A DNA stretch of 64,000 bases, from NCBI GenBank assembly GCA_043228905.1, contig JBHGNT010000022.1, positions 3,038,001-3,102,000 of the forward strand, written 5' to 3'. Both the position numbers and the translations under genes were made by a program. Below the pieces are notes generated by a model. It had not been told where the DNA came from. It searched no databases and was given only the letters and a program-made list of their open reading frames with translations. Below are positions 43,092 to 54,670 of the stretch, one piece after another; position 1 is the first letter of the stretch, and each line of letters begins with the position of its first letter. Origin of the DNA: Azolla caroliniana. Its lineage: Eukaryota > Plantae > Polypodiophyta.

Positions 43092-46000
43092 ATGGAAGGC
43101 GGCGGTAGTGGGCCTCCGGGCATGATGGTGCTGAACGCGCAGAACTACGCCGACTGGAAGATAAAGATGGAGGATCTGCTCATTGTTCGGGACCTGTATG
43201 AACCGATCGACAGGTCGGAAATACCCAAGGGGGTACTTGAGACGGAGTGGAGGCTTCTGAACCGGAAAGCCGTTGCAACCATTCGGCAATACGTCGACGT
43301 GAGCGTTCTACAACACGTGGCGAACGACACCAACGCATATGAGATGTGGAGGAAGCTGTCGGGCCTCTACGAGAGGAAGAATGCGTTGAACCGGACCTCC
43401 CTGATGAGAAAGATAGTGAACCTCAAGTACCGGGACGGCGAGAGTATGGTGGAACACGTAAGCACGTTCATGGGATTCGTGAACCAGCTTGCGGCGATCA
43501 AGTTCCCGTTGGAGGATGCAATGCAAGCCATCATCCTGATGTGTACTTTGCCGGACAGCTGGGAGAACTTGGTGGTGACTCTCAGCACCTCCTGCACCGA
43601 AGATAACTTGTCTCTACAAACGGTAAAGACAAGCATTTTGAACGAAGAAGCGCGTCGGAGAGATAAAGAACCGGCCTCCGACTCGAAGGCGCTGCTTACC
43701 GAATCGGAATGGGGAAGACATCGGAACCGGAGTCCGCAAAGACGGGAGAAGTCGGGGACCCGGTCGCAGTCAAGAGGAAGGCCCACATGCTTCCACTGTG
43801 GGAAGACGGGGCACTTCCGGAAGAATTGTCGGCATTACCGAAAAGACAACGGAGCCGACGACACCGATTCGAAGAAGTCACCGGAGAGAAACGGTGCATA
43901 CCGGGGAGCCACAGACCGGAGAGGTCCGGATCGGCGAGGGCAGGACCGGAAAGGAACGACGGCACTCGCGGCAAGTGAAGAAGAAATCATGCTCATTACC
44001 GAAGAGAGGGAGCTGAACTTTGCCGGAGTAGAGATGACCTGGGTGGTCGATTCCGGAGTGTCGTTCCACCTGACCCCGGAGAAGAAATACTTCTCATCCT
44101 ACACAGCCGGTGAGCACGGCTGTGTCCGGATGGGAAATGAAGGTACATGCCGGATTGCCGGCATAGGAGACGTGTGGTTAACAACCCCGACCGGATGCAA
44201 AATGCTGCTGAAGGATGTCAGACACGTTCCGGAGGTTCGATTGAACCTGATTTCGGCCGGGAGGCTAGACGATGAAGGCTACACAGGTAGCATCCGGAAC
44301 GGCGTAATGAAGTTCAGCAAGGGGAGCCTGATAGTGGCTCGGGCCCGGAAGGTCAACACACTATACCTGATGAATGCCCGGTTATGTCCGGAAGAGCTGA
44401 ATGTGGCAGCCGACACTGCCGGTGAGCTGTGGCACAAAAGACTGTGCCACATGAGTGAGAAGGGGATGAAGAGGCTTGCAGAAGACAACCTTATTCCAGT
44501 GAAGCATGTGCACCTGGAGAAGTGCACCGACTGCCTGGCCGGTAAGCAAAACCGGACCTCCTTCCACTCAAGGCCACCGACGAGACGTAGCGCACCATTG
44601 GAGCTGGTGCACACTGATGTGTGTCAGGTAGAAACGAAGTCACATGGCGGAGCCCAGTACTTCGTGACATTCATTGATGACCACAGCCGGAAGCTGTGGA
44701 CGGCACCGTTGAAGACAAAGGACCAAGTGTTGTCCGTCTTCAAAGAACTCCACGCGAGAGTGGAAAGGGAATCCGGCAAGAAGCTGAAAGCGATACGAGC
44801 GGATAACGGAGGGGAATACCGGGGGCAGTTCCAGGAGTACTGTCGCTCGAAGGGAATCCGGCTCGAGTTTACTGTGCCGAAGACGCCGGAACTGAACGGG
44901 CTGGCCGAGAGGATGAACCGGACCATAATGGAGAGGGTCCGGAGTATGCTGGCGCATGCGAAATTACCCAAGGGGTTTTGGGCTGAGGCGATGTCGACGG
45001 CGACATACGTGATAAACAGATCACCCTCAGTACCTTTGGACGGAGACACGCCGCAGAGAGTGTGGACCGGTAGGGAAGTGTCCTACCGGCATCTGAAGGT
45101 GTTCGGGTGTCTCGCATACGTGCATGTGGCAAAGGACCAGAGAGGAAAGTTAGATCCAAAGACCCGGCCATGCATATTCCTCGGTTACGGCGACGACGAG
45201 TTCGGCTACCGAGTATGGGACCCGGTCGACAAGAAGATATTCAGGAGTCGAGATATCATCTTCATGGAGAACAAGACACTCGCCGACTGGGAGTCGGAGA
45301 AGAAGATGAAGAGCTCCAAGTCGACCGGTGAGGATCAACTCTACGAGGAGCAGTCCCAACCGGCAAGGGACCGGTTAGCACTCGAGGACCCGGCCGAAGA
45401 TGGTGAAGAAACAGAACCGGCCGAAGAAGATGAAAATGATACCGGAACCGGCCCCGATCCCGAAATGGATTCGGATGAAGAAGAATCGGAAGAACCGGTT
45501 ACCGAAGCTCCGGAACGGAGATATCCTCTAAGAGAGAGAAGGGCCCCCCGGAGATTTCCGGAACCAGAGCACGTGCTGCTAACCGACGAGGGGGAGCCGG
45601 AGAGCTTTGAAGAAGCAAAACATGACACCCAGAGCCGCAGGTGGTTAAGTGCCATGCAGGACGAGATGGATTCCCTGCATGAGAACCACACATATGAACT
45701 TGTGGAGTTGCCGAAAGGAAAACGGGCACTCCGTAACAAGTGGGTGTTCAAGCTGAAACCGGGAGATGCCGGAAACCCCCCGAGATACAAAGCCAGGATC
45801 GTGGTGAAGGGGTTCCAGCAGAAGAAGGGCGTCGACTTCGACGAGATATTTGCCCCGGTAGTGAAGATGACCTCCATCCGGACGGTGCTGAGCATTGCGG
45901 CAAGCATGGACCTCGAGGTAGAACAGATGGACGTGAAGACGGCATTCCTTCACGGTGACCTCGAAGAAGAGATCTACATGCAGCAGCCGGAAGGATTCGA

Positions 46001-47165
46001 GAAGAAAGGGAAGGAGCACCTGGTATGCCGGTTGAAGAAGAGCCTTTACGGACTGAAGCAGGCTCCCCGGCAATGGTACCGGAAGTTCGACTCCTTCATG
46101 ACCGACGAAGGGTACCACAAAACGCAGTCTGATCACTGCGTGTTTGTGAAGAAGTTCGAAGGAGGAGACTCTCTAATACTCCTCCTGTACGTGGACGACA
46201 TGTTGATCGTCGGACGGGATCAGGTCAAGATACGGATGCTGAAGAAAGCGCTTCACCGAACCTTCTCAATGAAGGACCTGGGTCCGGCGAGGCAAATACT
46301 AGGGATGCATATCATCCGGGACCGGAAGAAGAAGCAGTTGTGGTTGTCACAGGAGAAGTACGTGACAAAGGTGCTTCACCGGTTCAACATGTCGGAAGCA
46401 AGACCGGTCGGATCGACCCTCCCGGCAAACTGCAAGCTGTCCAACAAGCAAAGTCCCAAGACAAAGGCTGAAAAGGAGGATATGATGAAAGTGCCATATG
46501 CCTCAGCCGTCGGGAGCTTGATGTACGCCATGGTGTGTACGAGACCGGACATAGGATATGCAGTCGGAGTGGTGAGTCGGTACATGAGCAACCCTGGCAA
46601 AGAGCACTGGAACGCGGTCAAGTGGATACTCCGATACCTGAAGGGCACTGCAAACGTGTGCCTCCGATTCGGCTCCGGTAAGCCCGAGCTCGACGGCTTC
46701 ACCGATTCGGATATGTCGGCTGATGCAGATACCAGCCGGTCCACATCAGGGTATGTGATGACCTATGCAGGGGGAGCCGTTTCGTGGCAGTCGAGGCTGC
46801 AGAAGACGGTTGCGTTGTCAACCACGGAGGCGGAGTACATGGCGGCTGTTGAAGCCGGCAAGGAAATAATATGGATGAAGGACTTCATTAGAGAGCTCGG
46901 TATCCGGCAGGAGGAGTACCGACTCTACTGCGACAGTCAGAGTGCCATCCACCTTGCGAAGAACGCGGCCTATCACTCCCGGACGAAGCACATCCAACGA
47001 AGATACCACTGGATCCGGGAAAGGATAGAAGACAAGGAGTTCGTGCTGACGAAGGTCCACACGGACGAGAACGGGTCGGATATGCTGACCAAGGTGCTTA
47101 CACCCGACAAGCTGGAAGCATGCCGGAAGAGGATCGGATTGGAGAGACATCCCATGCCGAAGTGA
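43092..47165 (+). CDS. Uninterrupted Copia Gag-Pol polyprotein, 1357 aa
   Basis: Zinc knuckle CFHCGKTGHFRKNC, protease WVVDSG, integrase HHCC plus DDE (HTDV, ADNGGEY, AERMNR), RT YVDD and RNase H (FTDSD, TTEAEY, CDSQSA), in Copia order. Confidence 0.98.
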   Translation: MEGGGSGPPGMMVLNAQNYADWKIKMEDLLIVRDLYEPIDRSEIPKGVLETEWRLLNRKAVATIRQYVDVSVLQHVANDTNAYEMWRKLSGLYERKNALNRTSLMRKIVNLKYRDGESMVEHVSTFMGFVNQLAAIKFPLEDAMQAIILMCTLPDSWENLVVTLSTSCTEDNLSLQTVKTSILNEEARRRDKEPASDSKALLTESEWGRHRNRSPQRREKSGTRSQSRGRPTCFHCGKTGHFRKNCRHYRKDNGADDTDSKKSPERNGAYRGATDRRGPDRRGQDRKGTTALAASEEEIMLITEERELNFAGVEMTWVVDSGVSFHLTPEKKYFSSYTAGEHGCVRMGNEGTCRIAGIGDVWLTTPTGCKMLLKDVRHVPEVRLNLISAGRLDDEGYTGSIRNGVMKFSKGSLIVARARKVNTLYLMNARLCPEELNVAADTAGELWHKRLCHMSEKGMKRLAEDNLIPVKHVHLEKCTDCLAGKQNRTSFHSRPPTRRSAPLELVHTDVCQVETKSHGGAQYFVTFIDDHSRKLWTAPLKTKDQVLSVFKELHARVERESGKKLKAIRADNGGEYRGQFQEYCRSKGIRLEFTVPKTPELNGLAERMNRTIMERVRSMLAHAKLPKGFWAEAMSTATYVINRSPSVPLDGDTPQRVWTGREVSYRHLKVFGCLAYVHVAKDQRGKLDPKTRPCIFLGYGDDEFGYRVWDPVDKKIFRSRDIIFMENKTLADWESEKKMKSSKSTGEDQLYEEQSQPARDRLALEDPAEDGEETEPAEEDENDTGTGPDPEMDSDEEESEEPVTEAPERRYPLRERRAPRRFPEPEHVLLTDEGEPESFEEAKHDTQSRRWLSAMQDEMDSLHENHTYELVELPKGKRALRNKWVFKLKPGDAGNPPRYKARIVVKGFQQKKGVDFDEIFAPVVKMTSIRTVLSIAASMDLEVEQMDVKTAFLHGDLEEEIYMQQPEGFEKKGKEHLVCRLKKSLYGLKQAPRQWYRKFDSFMTDEGYHKTQSDHCVFVKKFEGGDSLILLLYVDDMLIVGRDQVKIRMLKKALHRTFSMKDLGPARQILGMHIIRDRKKKQLWLSQEKYVTKVLHRFNMSEARPVGSTLPANCKLSNKQSPKTKAEKEDMMKVPYASAVGSLMYAMVCTRPDIGYAVGVVSRYMSNPGKEHWNAVKWILRYLKGTANVCLRFGSGKPELDGFTDSDMSADADTSRSTSGYVMTYAGGAVSWQSRLQKTVALSTTEAEYMAAVEAGKEIIWMKDFIRELGIRQEEYRLYCDSQSAIHLAKNAAYHSRTKHIQRRYHWIRERIEDKEFVLTKVHTDENGSDMLTKVLTPDKLEACRKRIGLERHPMPK

Positions 47166-48263
47166 AGGGGGAGTTTGTTGGGATTACGGTCCCTCCGGAT
47201 GGGATGTCCGGAGATGAATGACGGCAAGCCCGGTTGCGGTTACGGAACCGGATGATGAAGAGTACCCGGCACGAAGCCGGATGAAGAGTACCCGGATGCG
47301 GATCCGGATGATGAAGAGTACCCGGCATGAAGCCGGATGAAGAGTACCCGGATACGGATCCGGATGATGAAGACCCCGGCTACGGAGCCGGATGACGAAT
47401 GTACCCGGAGAGAGATCCGGATGCAGGGACATATTTGTGAATATGTTTGCTAAGAGCCCTTGAGGCTATATTTGTAAATAGCCCGAAAGTCATATATGTA
47501 TAAATATGACTTAGGGCAAACAGTTTTATGTTGTTGCTCAATTTTTCATGAGAAGTGAGAGCAGCCGAGAGTGAGAGAGAGAGAGAGACGAAGAGGTCGT
47601 TGCCTCTGTGTATTACCGCCGCCTGTGGCGAAGACATGAGCTCAAGGTTGTTGCCTTGAAGCTTCACCATTGTACATCTCTGTTCATAGTGATAGTTGGA
47701 GTTTGAGAACTCCCGTGGTTTTTCCCAGTTAGGGTTTTCCACGTAAAACATCCAGTGTACCTTTCTCTCTCTATTGTTTTGTGCATTTCCTATTTCCTGG
47801 TTTTTCTGTGAGTTGATCCCATTTCTCGGTTGTGGCCGAGCACTGTCGTCTAACAGTTATGTGAATTCAGGACTATCATTCCTGGAAAGCCCCTCACACC
47901 TCCTTCCATCTAGCACCTCAAGCTCTGATACCAGTTTGTTGCACTTAGGACCAAAGATGAACAAGAAAGATTGGTTGAAACACACAAAATAGAAACTTAA
48001 AGTACACGATGCACAAGATATACGTGGAAACCCTAAAACTGGGAAAACCACGGGGCAACAGATTTCACTATGAGACAAGATTTCAAAGATAGGTTACAAA
48101 GCTTTTCAAAGAATAAAGACACAAATTACAGAATAACTACTTCTTAGGGTTTGGGCAAGTTCACTAAAAAACTTCATTCCCTCAACCTCACACTCTTTTT
48201 CTTCTCTCCTACTCTATGTATCTCTTATCTCACTTAATACTACTGCTACAACTACTTAATAAC

Positions 48264-51200
48264 TGTAAAGAATGTCGTGCGGAAGCAGGTATGAAGACAA
48301 AATAGAGGAAGGAAACTCAGGTTCAATGGAGAGCTTCGGCTTACACGGTATACGCGGGAGAGACAGAGAGAGAAACACAGAAACAACTCTATTCAACAAT
48401 AATACTCAGTCTGTACATAAGACGTGCTCAGTGAACACTTTTATACAAGTCCTGGAAGGACTGACCGAAGTACTGACAGTACTTCAATGCTCATTAAGAG
48501 CTCCTACACTAACTCCCAAATATATTCCTCACGGAATATCTTTCCTAATGACCTCCCGGTTTACGCACTCGGCCTAACCGATCGGTCCCAGCCGATCTGG
48601 CCGATGTTGAGCTTGTCTCTCCACATTCCCCCTCAAGCTCAACTCGGGGCTCTTTGGGATACTCGGGCTCACGGCTTCGGTTCCTCTTGGCTTCATGCCT
48701 CGCTCGCGCTCCTTGACCTGTTCGACTCCGCGCGCTTCGACCCTTCCGGTCGGCTTGTCTGCTCATGCGGCCCTTATCAGCTCTTCTGCTATTGCGGTGT
48801 TGACGCTTCTCCTGTTGCCTTTTCTTCCGCTTAGGCCTCGGTTGATTCAGCGTGTCTGAGTCAAACATCCGAACCGACTCGGCTACCTCCGATCGGTTTT
48901 CGCTCTCGTCCGAGTTGGCTGTCTCCAACTCGTCTTCGGTCTTCTCGCCCTCGATGGCGTCATCTCCCCTATGCGTGGTTGGCTTCGGCTCTCTCCTTCG
49001 GCTGCTCCCCTTTTGTCCGCTTCCGAACTTTTCCGCGGGTCCGCCCTCGGCTTCTTCAGCCGATCCGAAGTCGAACTTGTCAACCGACTCGGTGTCGCGG
49101 TCTCCGCTCCTTTCCTGCTGCCTTGCTTGGTCGTTCGGGACTGTTCTCCCCCTCAAGTTTGGCACGTCAAGGTGACGCAATACGAGCGCACCTGAGAATT
49201 GCCGCAACTTGTCCAGACCAAGAGGCTTGGTGAAGATGTCGGCAGCCTGCCGATCCGTCAGAACGTACTGAAGTTCGACTTCACCGGAAAGGACACGCTC
49301 ACGGACGAAATGGTAGTGCACCTCAATGTGCTTGGTCCGTGCGTGGAAAGACGGGGTTCTTCGCGAGTTGGATGCTGCTGAGGTTGTCGCAGTAGATCGT
49401 CGTTGGATCGGACACCTCCTCTTGCAGGTCCTTAAGTAGCCGCTTCAACCATATGGCTTCGCATGTCGCGACAGCCGCTCCTCGGTACTCCGCTTCGGTG
49501 CTCGATAGTGCAACTGTCGGCTGCTTCTTATTGTCCACGCGATCGCGGCACTCCCGAAGGAGAACACGTATCCAGACGTGGATCGGCGATCGGCGGCGTT
49601 GCCAGCCCAATCAACATCGGTGTAGTCGACTAGCTGCACGGCTGCACCGGTCCGATATAGCAGTCCTCGGTCCTTAGTGCCACTTATGTACCGCAGTACG
49701 TGTTGCGCACATTGAAGGTGCTCCTCAGTAGGTCACGCCATGAACTGACTAATCACCCCGACCGGGTAACTGAGGTCGGGTCGGGTGATGGTCAAGTATA
49801 TGAGGCTTCCGACAATTTGTCGGAACCGAATCGGGTCGCATACCTTTCCCGTATCGGGACGAAGCTTGACGGTTCTGTCCAGAGGAGTCGAGACGGTTTT
49901 ACAGTCGGCCATCCCGAATTTGAAGAGCATACTCAACACATAGTGACGTTAGCTGATCAATATGCCTTCGGGGGTACGGATCACTTCGATGCTGAGGAAG
50001 TAATGAAGGTCCCCCAGATCCTTCATGTCGAACGATGCCGCAAGCTGGAGCTTCACACGGTCGATTTCACTTAGGTCGGCGTCGGTGATGACCAAGTCAT
50101 CAACATATAGTAAAATACTAACCGGTCCAAGTCGACCTTTCCGGATGAATAGGGAAGAGTCCGATTTTGATGTGACGAAACCCATCCGACGCAGTTGTTG
50201 CGTGATCTTCGCGTTCCAGGCACGCGGGGCTTGCTTCAGTCCGTAAAGGGACTTCTTCAATCGACAGACTACCGAGGAGTTCGTTCCGGAGTAAAATCTG
50301 GGGGGTTGTACCATGTACACCTGTTCCTCAAGGTCACCTTGCAGGAACGCATTCTTTACATCCATCTGATGTAAGTGCCACCCCTTGGCCGCGGCTACTG
50401 CGAGCAAAACACGGACGGTCGTCATTTTCGCGACTGGCGCAAACGTCTCATCGTAGTCGATGCCGTGTTTTTGCGCGTAGCCCTTTGCCACTAGCCGAGC
50501 CTTGTATCGGTTGACTGAGCCATCGGTGTTGTACTTGACCTTGTACACCCACCTACACCCGATTGGCTTCACACCCTTCGGTGCGTCAACCAGGTCCCAG
50601 GTCTCGTTCTCCGCCAATGCGTGCATCTCTTCCTCCATCGTGGCATGCCAATTCGCGTCCTTCGCCGCTTCTGCGTAGCTCTCTGGCTCACGCACTTCCG
50701 CTACACGGGTCATGTACGCATAATGATGCGCCATGTACTCATTGTATCCGAACCGCACAACTGGGTTCTTTTGGCGGGTAGATCAGCGTAATCTCACATT
50801 AGCCGATGTCGAGGCCTTCTCGGTCGACGCGGTCTTCACCTTTAAAGACCTGTCACCGGTTCCCTTGGAGTCGGACTCGCGTCGGTCTGACTCGTTCCTT
50901 TCCGTGCCAGAATCCGACACCTTCTTCTTCCCTTTCTCTTTGCGTGTAAGCCGTCTCCTCGGCTTCCTGCGTGGGGAATGCACGGCCGAGTCTCCACTAC
51001 TCGCCGGCTCTTCGTCGGACTGGTCATACCGACTCAGTCGTCCAATTGGTCCACTTAACCAGAGTGAAATCGGACTCTCTTCGCGGGTCTCGATTTCGGG
51101 CTCATCCGGAGGCATCTCGGCCTCGCTGACCTCATCGTCAGAGCTCGTATTGGAGTCGGGGTTCTGAGTCGGGGACAGGTACCAGGACGCGGACTCGTCA

Positions 51201-53905
51201 AACACAACGTCACGACTGACACGCGCTTGTTTGGTGCGAGGGTTATAGCACTTATAACCCTTCTGCTCGTCCAAGTAACCGACCAAGATGCACTTCTCGG
51301 CCTTTGCGTCCAGCTTCCTCCTTTTCTCCTTCGGTACATGCACATACGCAATGCTACCGAACACCCTCAAGTCTCGCAAGTTCAGCTTCGTTCTGAAATA
51401 TAGCTCGTGCGCCGACACTTTGTCTCCGATCCGGTTCTGGATGTATATTGCGGTCCTTACCGCCTCGGCCCAGTAGAACTTGGGCAAGCTCTTCTCCTCT
51501 AGCATTGCTCGTGCCGCTTCCACAATCGACCGATTCTTCCTCTCGGCCACGTCGTTCTGCTCTGGCGTGTATCTACAACTAAATTTGCGCCAAATTCCCA
51601 TTTGTTGTAGATAACCGTTGAATTGACCGGAAAAGTACTCTTTCCCGCCATCCGACCGCAGGCACTTGATCTTCCATCCTGTTTCTGTTTCCACGAACCC
51701 TTTGAGGTCACGGAAACAATCGAAGACTTCGCTCTTCCTCTCAATGAGGTAGATCCACGTGTGCCGCGTGTGGTCGTCGATGAAGGAGACGAAATATCGG
51801 CTCCCGCCAAGACTAACGTTTTGTGCCGGCCCCCACACATCCGAGTGTATAAGGTCGAGCTTGTTCCGGCTACGGTTTCGCTCGTTGGGGAAAGGAAGTC
51901 GGTGTTGCTTCCTGAGCTGGCAGGCTTCACAAATTTGTGCCTTTCGGCCACTAAACTTGGGCAATCCGAACACTACTTGTTTTGTTTGCAGATCTTGAAG
52001 CCGTTGGTAGTTGATGTGGCCTATCCACTTGTGCCACAAGTCGATGTCCAACTCGGTCTTTTGTCCCTTTGCGAACATTGCGGTGCCGCCGTCAGTGGAA
52101 TCGAGGATGAACATCCTCCTGTCTCTCCGCCCTTGCGCAATCACACGGCCTTCTTCCTCAATGAAGCACCCGAGGTGTGTAAACCGAACCTCCATCCCTT
52201 GGTCGACGATCTGTCCGACCGAGACCAAGTTCTTCGTGATTGTCGGAACGTGCATCACGTTCTTGAGTTTCCCTTTCTGCCCGACATGGCTAAGGGGAAC
52301 TTCTCCGACATTCGCGATCGGATGCGGAGTGTCGTCTCCTGTTGTGACTACTCCCGGTTGTATCGGTTTTTCAAGGTACGAGAACCACTCTTTATGGCTC
52401 GTCATGTGGTTTGACGCGCCGGAGTCTACGTACCACACCTCGTCCGATCTCGGGGTGCTCTGTTTCATTGAGTTTGCTTCGTGTCTCGTCACGAAGACAG
52501 ACCCTTCTCCAGCTCTCCCGGAGTCTTTACTGTAGTGTGATCGTTGCCGATTTCCCTTGTCGGTATGTCTGGAGCTATTTTCGAAACCGATTCTCTCCAA
52601 ATCGGCGCACTTCTTCCAGCACTCGCTTTCCTTGTGGCCTTTCTTGCCACAGTACCAGCACTCCGCGATGGCCTTCCCTTGCCGGTTCTCATCGCTTCGA
52701 CTCCCCCTGTTTCCGGAGGGTCCAGAGTTGCTGTCGGCATCACTTCGGTGCCATCTTCCTTGATCTCGTCAGCCACCTCCATTGCGCGCCGGCTCGCCTC
52801 GTCCTCCACGTCCATGAGGCCTATCTCCCTCCGTGTACAACATTCTGTTGTCGGTGTGCGTGCTCGTCGACGCACCCGCGTGGTTCTCCTCTACCAGGAG
52901 CATCGACTGTAAGTCGAAAAAGGATGGCGTATTCTCCCGGGTACACACAGCCGTTCGGAACGCTCTGAACTTCGACGCCAAACCTCCGAGACAGATTTGG
53001 ACCATCTCGCTCTCCTCGATGTTCACCTCTATGGAGGCGAGGGAGTCGCAGATATCCTTAATCTTCGAGGTATAGTCCGCCACCGACAAGTCGCGTTGTC
53101 GTAGGTTGCTCAACTCCTGTCGGAGCTGAAGCTTCTTGGCTGTGGTGCTCGCGGCGAAAATCTTCTTCAGATTTTCCCACGCACCCTTCGGCGTCTTTGC
53201 ATCCCGAACATAGCTCAATAGTTGTTCACCCACACACGACGCGAAGCAGTACAACACCCTGCTTGCCGATTGCTCCCACGACGGGAAGTCTCTGTGTGTT
53301 GATTCGGGTGCCGCGTCATTAGCTCCTTCGACATAACTCCAGTAGCCATGCCTGAGCAGGTATTGGTGCATCTTGTAGGACCAAGACGCGTAGTTGGTTC
53401 TGTCGAGCTTCTCTGTTGGAAGCGAGCTTGCCATGCCTCTATCCATCGTTCTTCTTGTTCTTCTTCGTCAAGTTGTGTCGGCTGCAGAGAGGTTCTCAAC
53501 CCTCGCGCTCTGATACCATGTAAAGAATAGCGTGCGGAAGCAGGTATGAAGACAGAACAGAGGAAGGAAACTAAGGTTCAATGGAGAGCTTCGGCTTACA
53601 CGGTATACGCGGGAGAGACAAAGAGAGAAACACAGAAACAACTCTATTCAACAATAATACTCAGTCTGTACATAAGACGTGCTCAGTGAACACTTTTATA
53701 CAAGTCCTGGAAGGACTGACCGAAGTACTGACAGTACTTCAATGCTCATTAAGAGCTCCTACACTAACTCCCAAATATATTCCTCACGGAATATCTTTCC
53801 CAACGACCTCCCGGTTTACACACTCGGCCTAACCGATCGGTCCCAGCCGATCCGATCCTCGGCTTCTTCAGCCGATCTGGCCGATGTTGAGCTTGTCTCT
53901 CAACA
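48264..53905 (-). mobile_element. Full-length Ty1/Copia element with disrupted gag-pol
   Basis: LTRs at 53519-53905 and 48264-48625 differ by a 25-bp indel and several substitutions. TSD ATAAC at 48259-48263 and 53906-53910, PBS at 53507-53518, PPT at 48626-48637. ORF pieces cover gag (52769-53446), PR/INT (50783-52600), RT (49949-50758, YVDD) and RNase H (49323-49639, 48545-49321). Confidence 0.96.
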
Positions 53906-54299
53906 ATAACCTTGCCCTAGCTCCATATGTGTGTGTGTGAATAAGATATTATTATAATATAATAATAATAATTAATTAGGCGACTTGACAAGATTGTCCG
54001 ACCCACAAGTCAACAGTCTAGTCGGTCCGACTAGTTGACTCCTATTGTCGACTATTCAGTCGATCCGGTTGGTTGGCTTTGTCTTCGACCACTCAGTCAG
54101 TCCGATAAGTCGACTCTATCTTTGACCTCTTCTCAAGTCGGCTAACTGGTCGATCCGACTCTTCGATCCCAAAGATCTTTACTTCACCCGACCCTCAATT
54201 CCGTCGACCCCCACGTCGACTCGCTAATCGATCCGGCCAACCAACCAAAATTCGGTTGCCGACTTCTTCCATTATGAGGGACAAAAAATCCTAACACCC

Positions 54300-54670
54300 T
54301 CCACAAGCAGGAGGAGTCAAGGTGGAGCCGGAAGCCGACAAAACAAAGCCATCGACTATTGGTATTGTGGTCGGAAAGGTCACAAGGAAAGTGAGATGGA
54401 AGAAGAAGGCCGATTCGAGCAAAGGCGAATCAAGCAGAGCCAACACAAAAAGCGGTTGTGATCACTTTACACTAAAGACTTGGGGCAAGCCGGAATGGGC
54501 CATTCCTTCGTCATGAAGCACAAGGCCAATCGATGGTGACGACCACCTCGAAACCAAAGGAGGTGTAGGATGTGGATTCCAGCGCTTCCAACCACATGAA
54601 GACCCATGAAGAATGGTTCTCCTATCTTGAGAAGTAGAACAACCTGGGGTCGTCGAAACCATCGATGACA
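54300..54670 (+). mobile_element. Copia gag-knuckle/protease fragment related to 48264-53905
   Basis: Degenerate frames read WYCGRKGHKESE..KKKAD and DVDSSASNHM..HEEWFSYLEK..QPGVV. Confidence 0.75.

Larger units (their letters stand above)
42381..47855 (+). mobile_element. Intact, very young Ty1/Copia element (Tork/Tto1-like)
   Basis: 680-bp TG...CA LTRs at 42381-43060 and 47176-47855 with no differences seen. TSD GTTAT at 42376-42380 and 47856-47860. tRNA-iMet PBS tggtatcagagc at 43064-43075 and PPT gaagggggag at 47164-47173. Confidence 0.98.
42291..54296 (-). mobile_element. Old Tork-like Copia 5' remnant (LTR, PBS, gag start) split by two later insertions
   Basis: LTR pieces lie at 47937-48263 and 53906-54296, with the PBS complement gctctgatacca at 47922-47933. 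The gag start MEGGVRGFPGMIVLNSHN|YSDWKIKLEDLLIVRDLYEPIDRNEIP continues across the 42381-47855 insertion. Confidence 0.8.
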
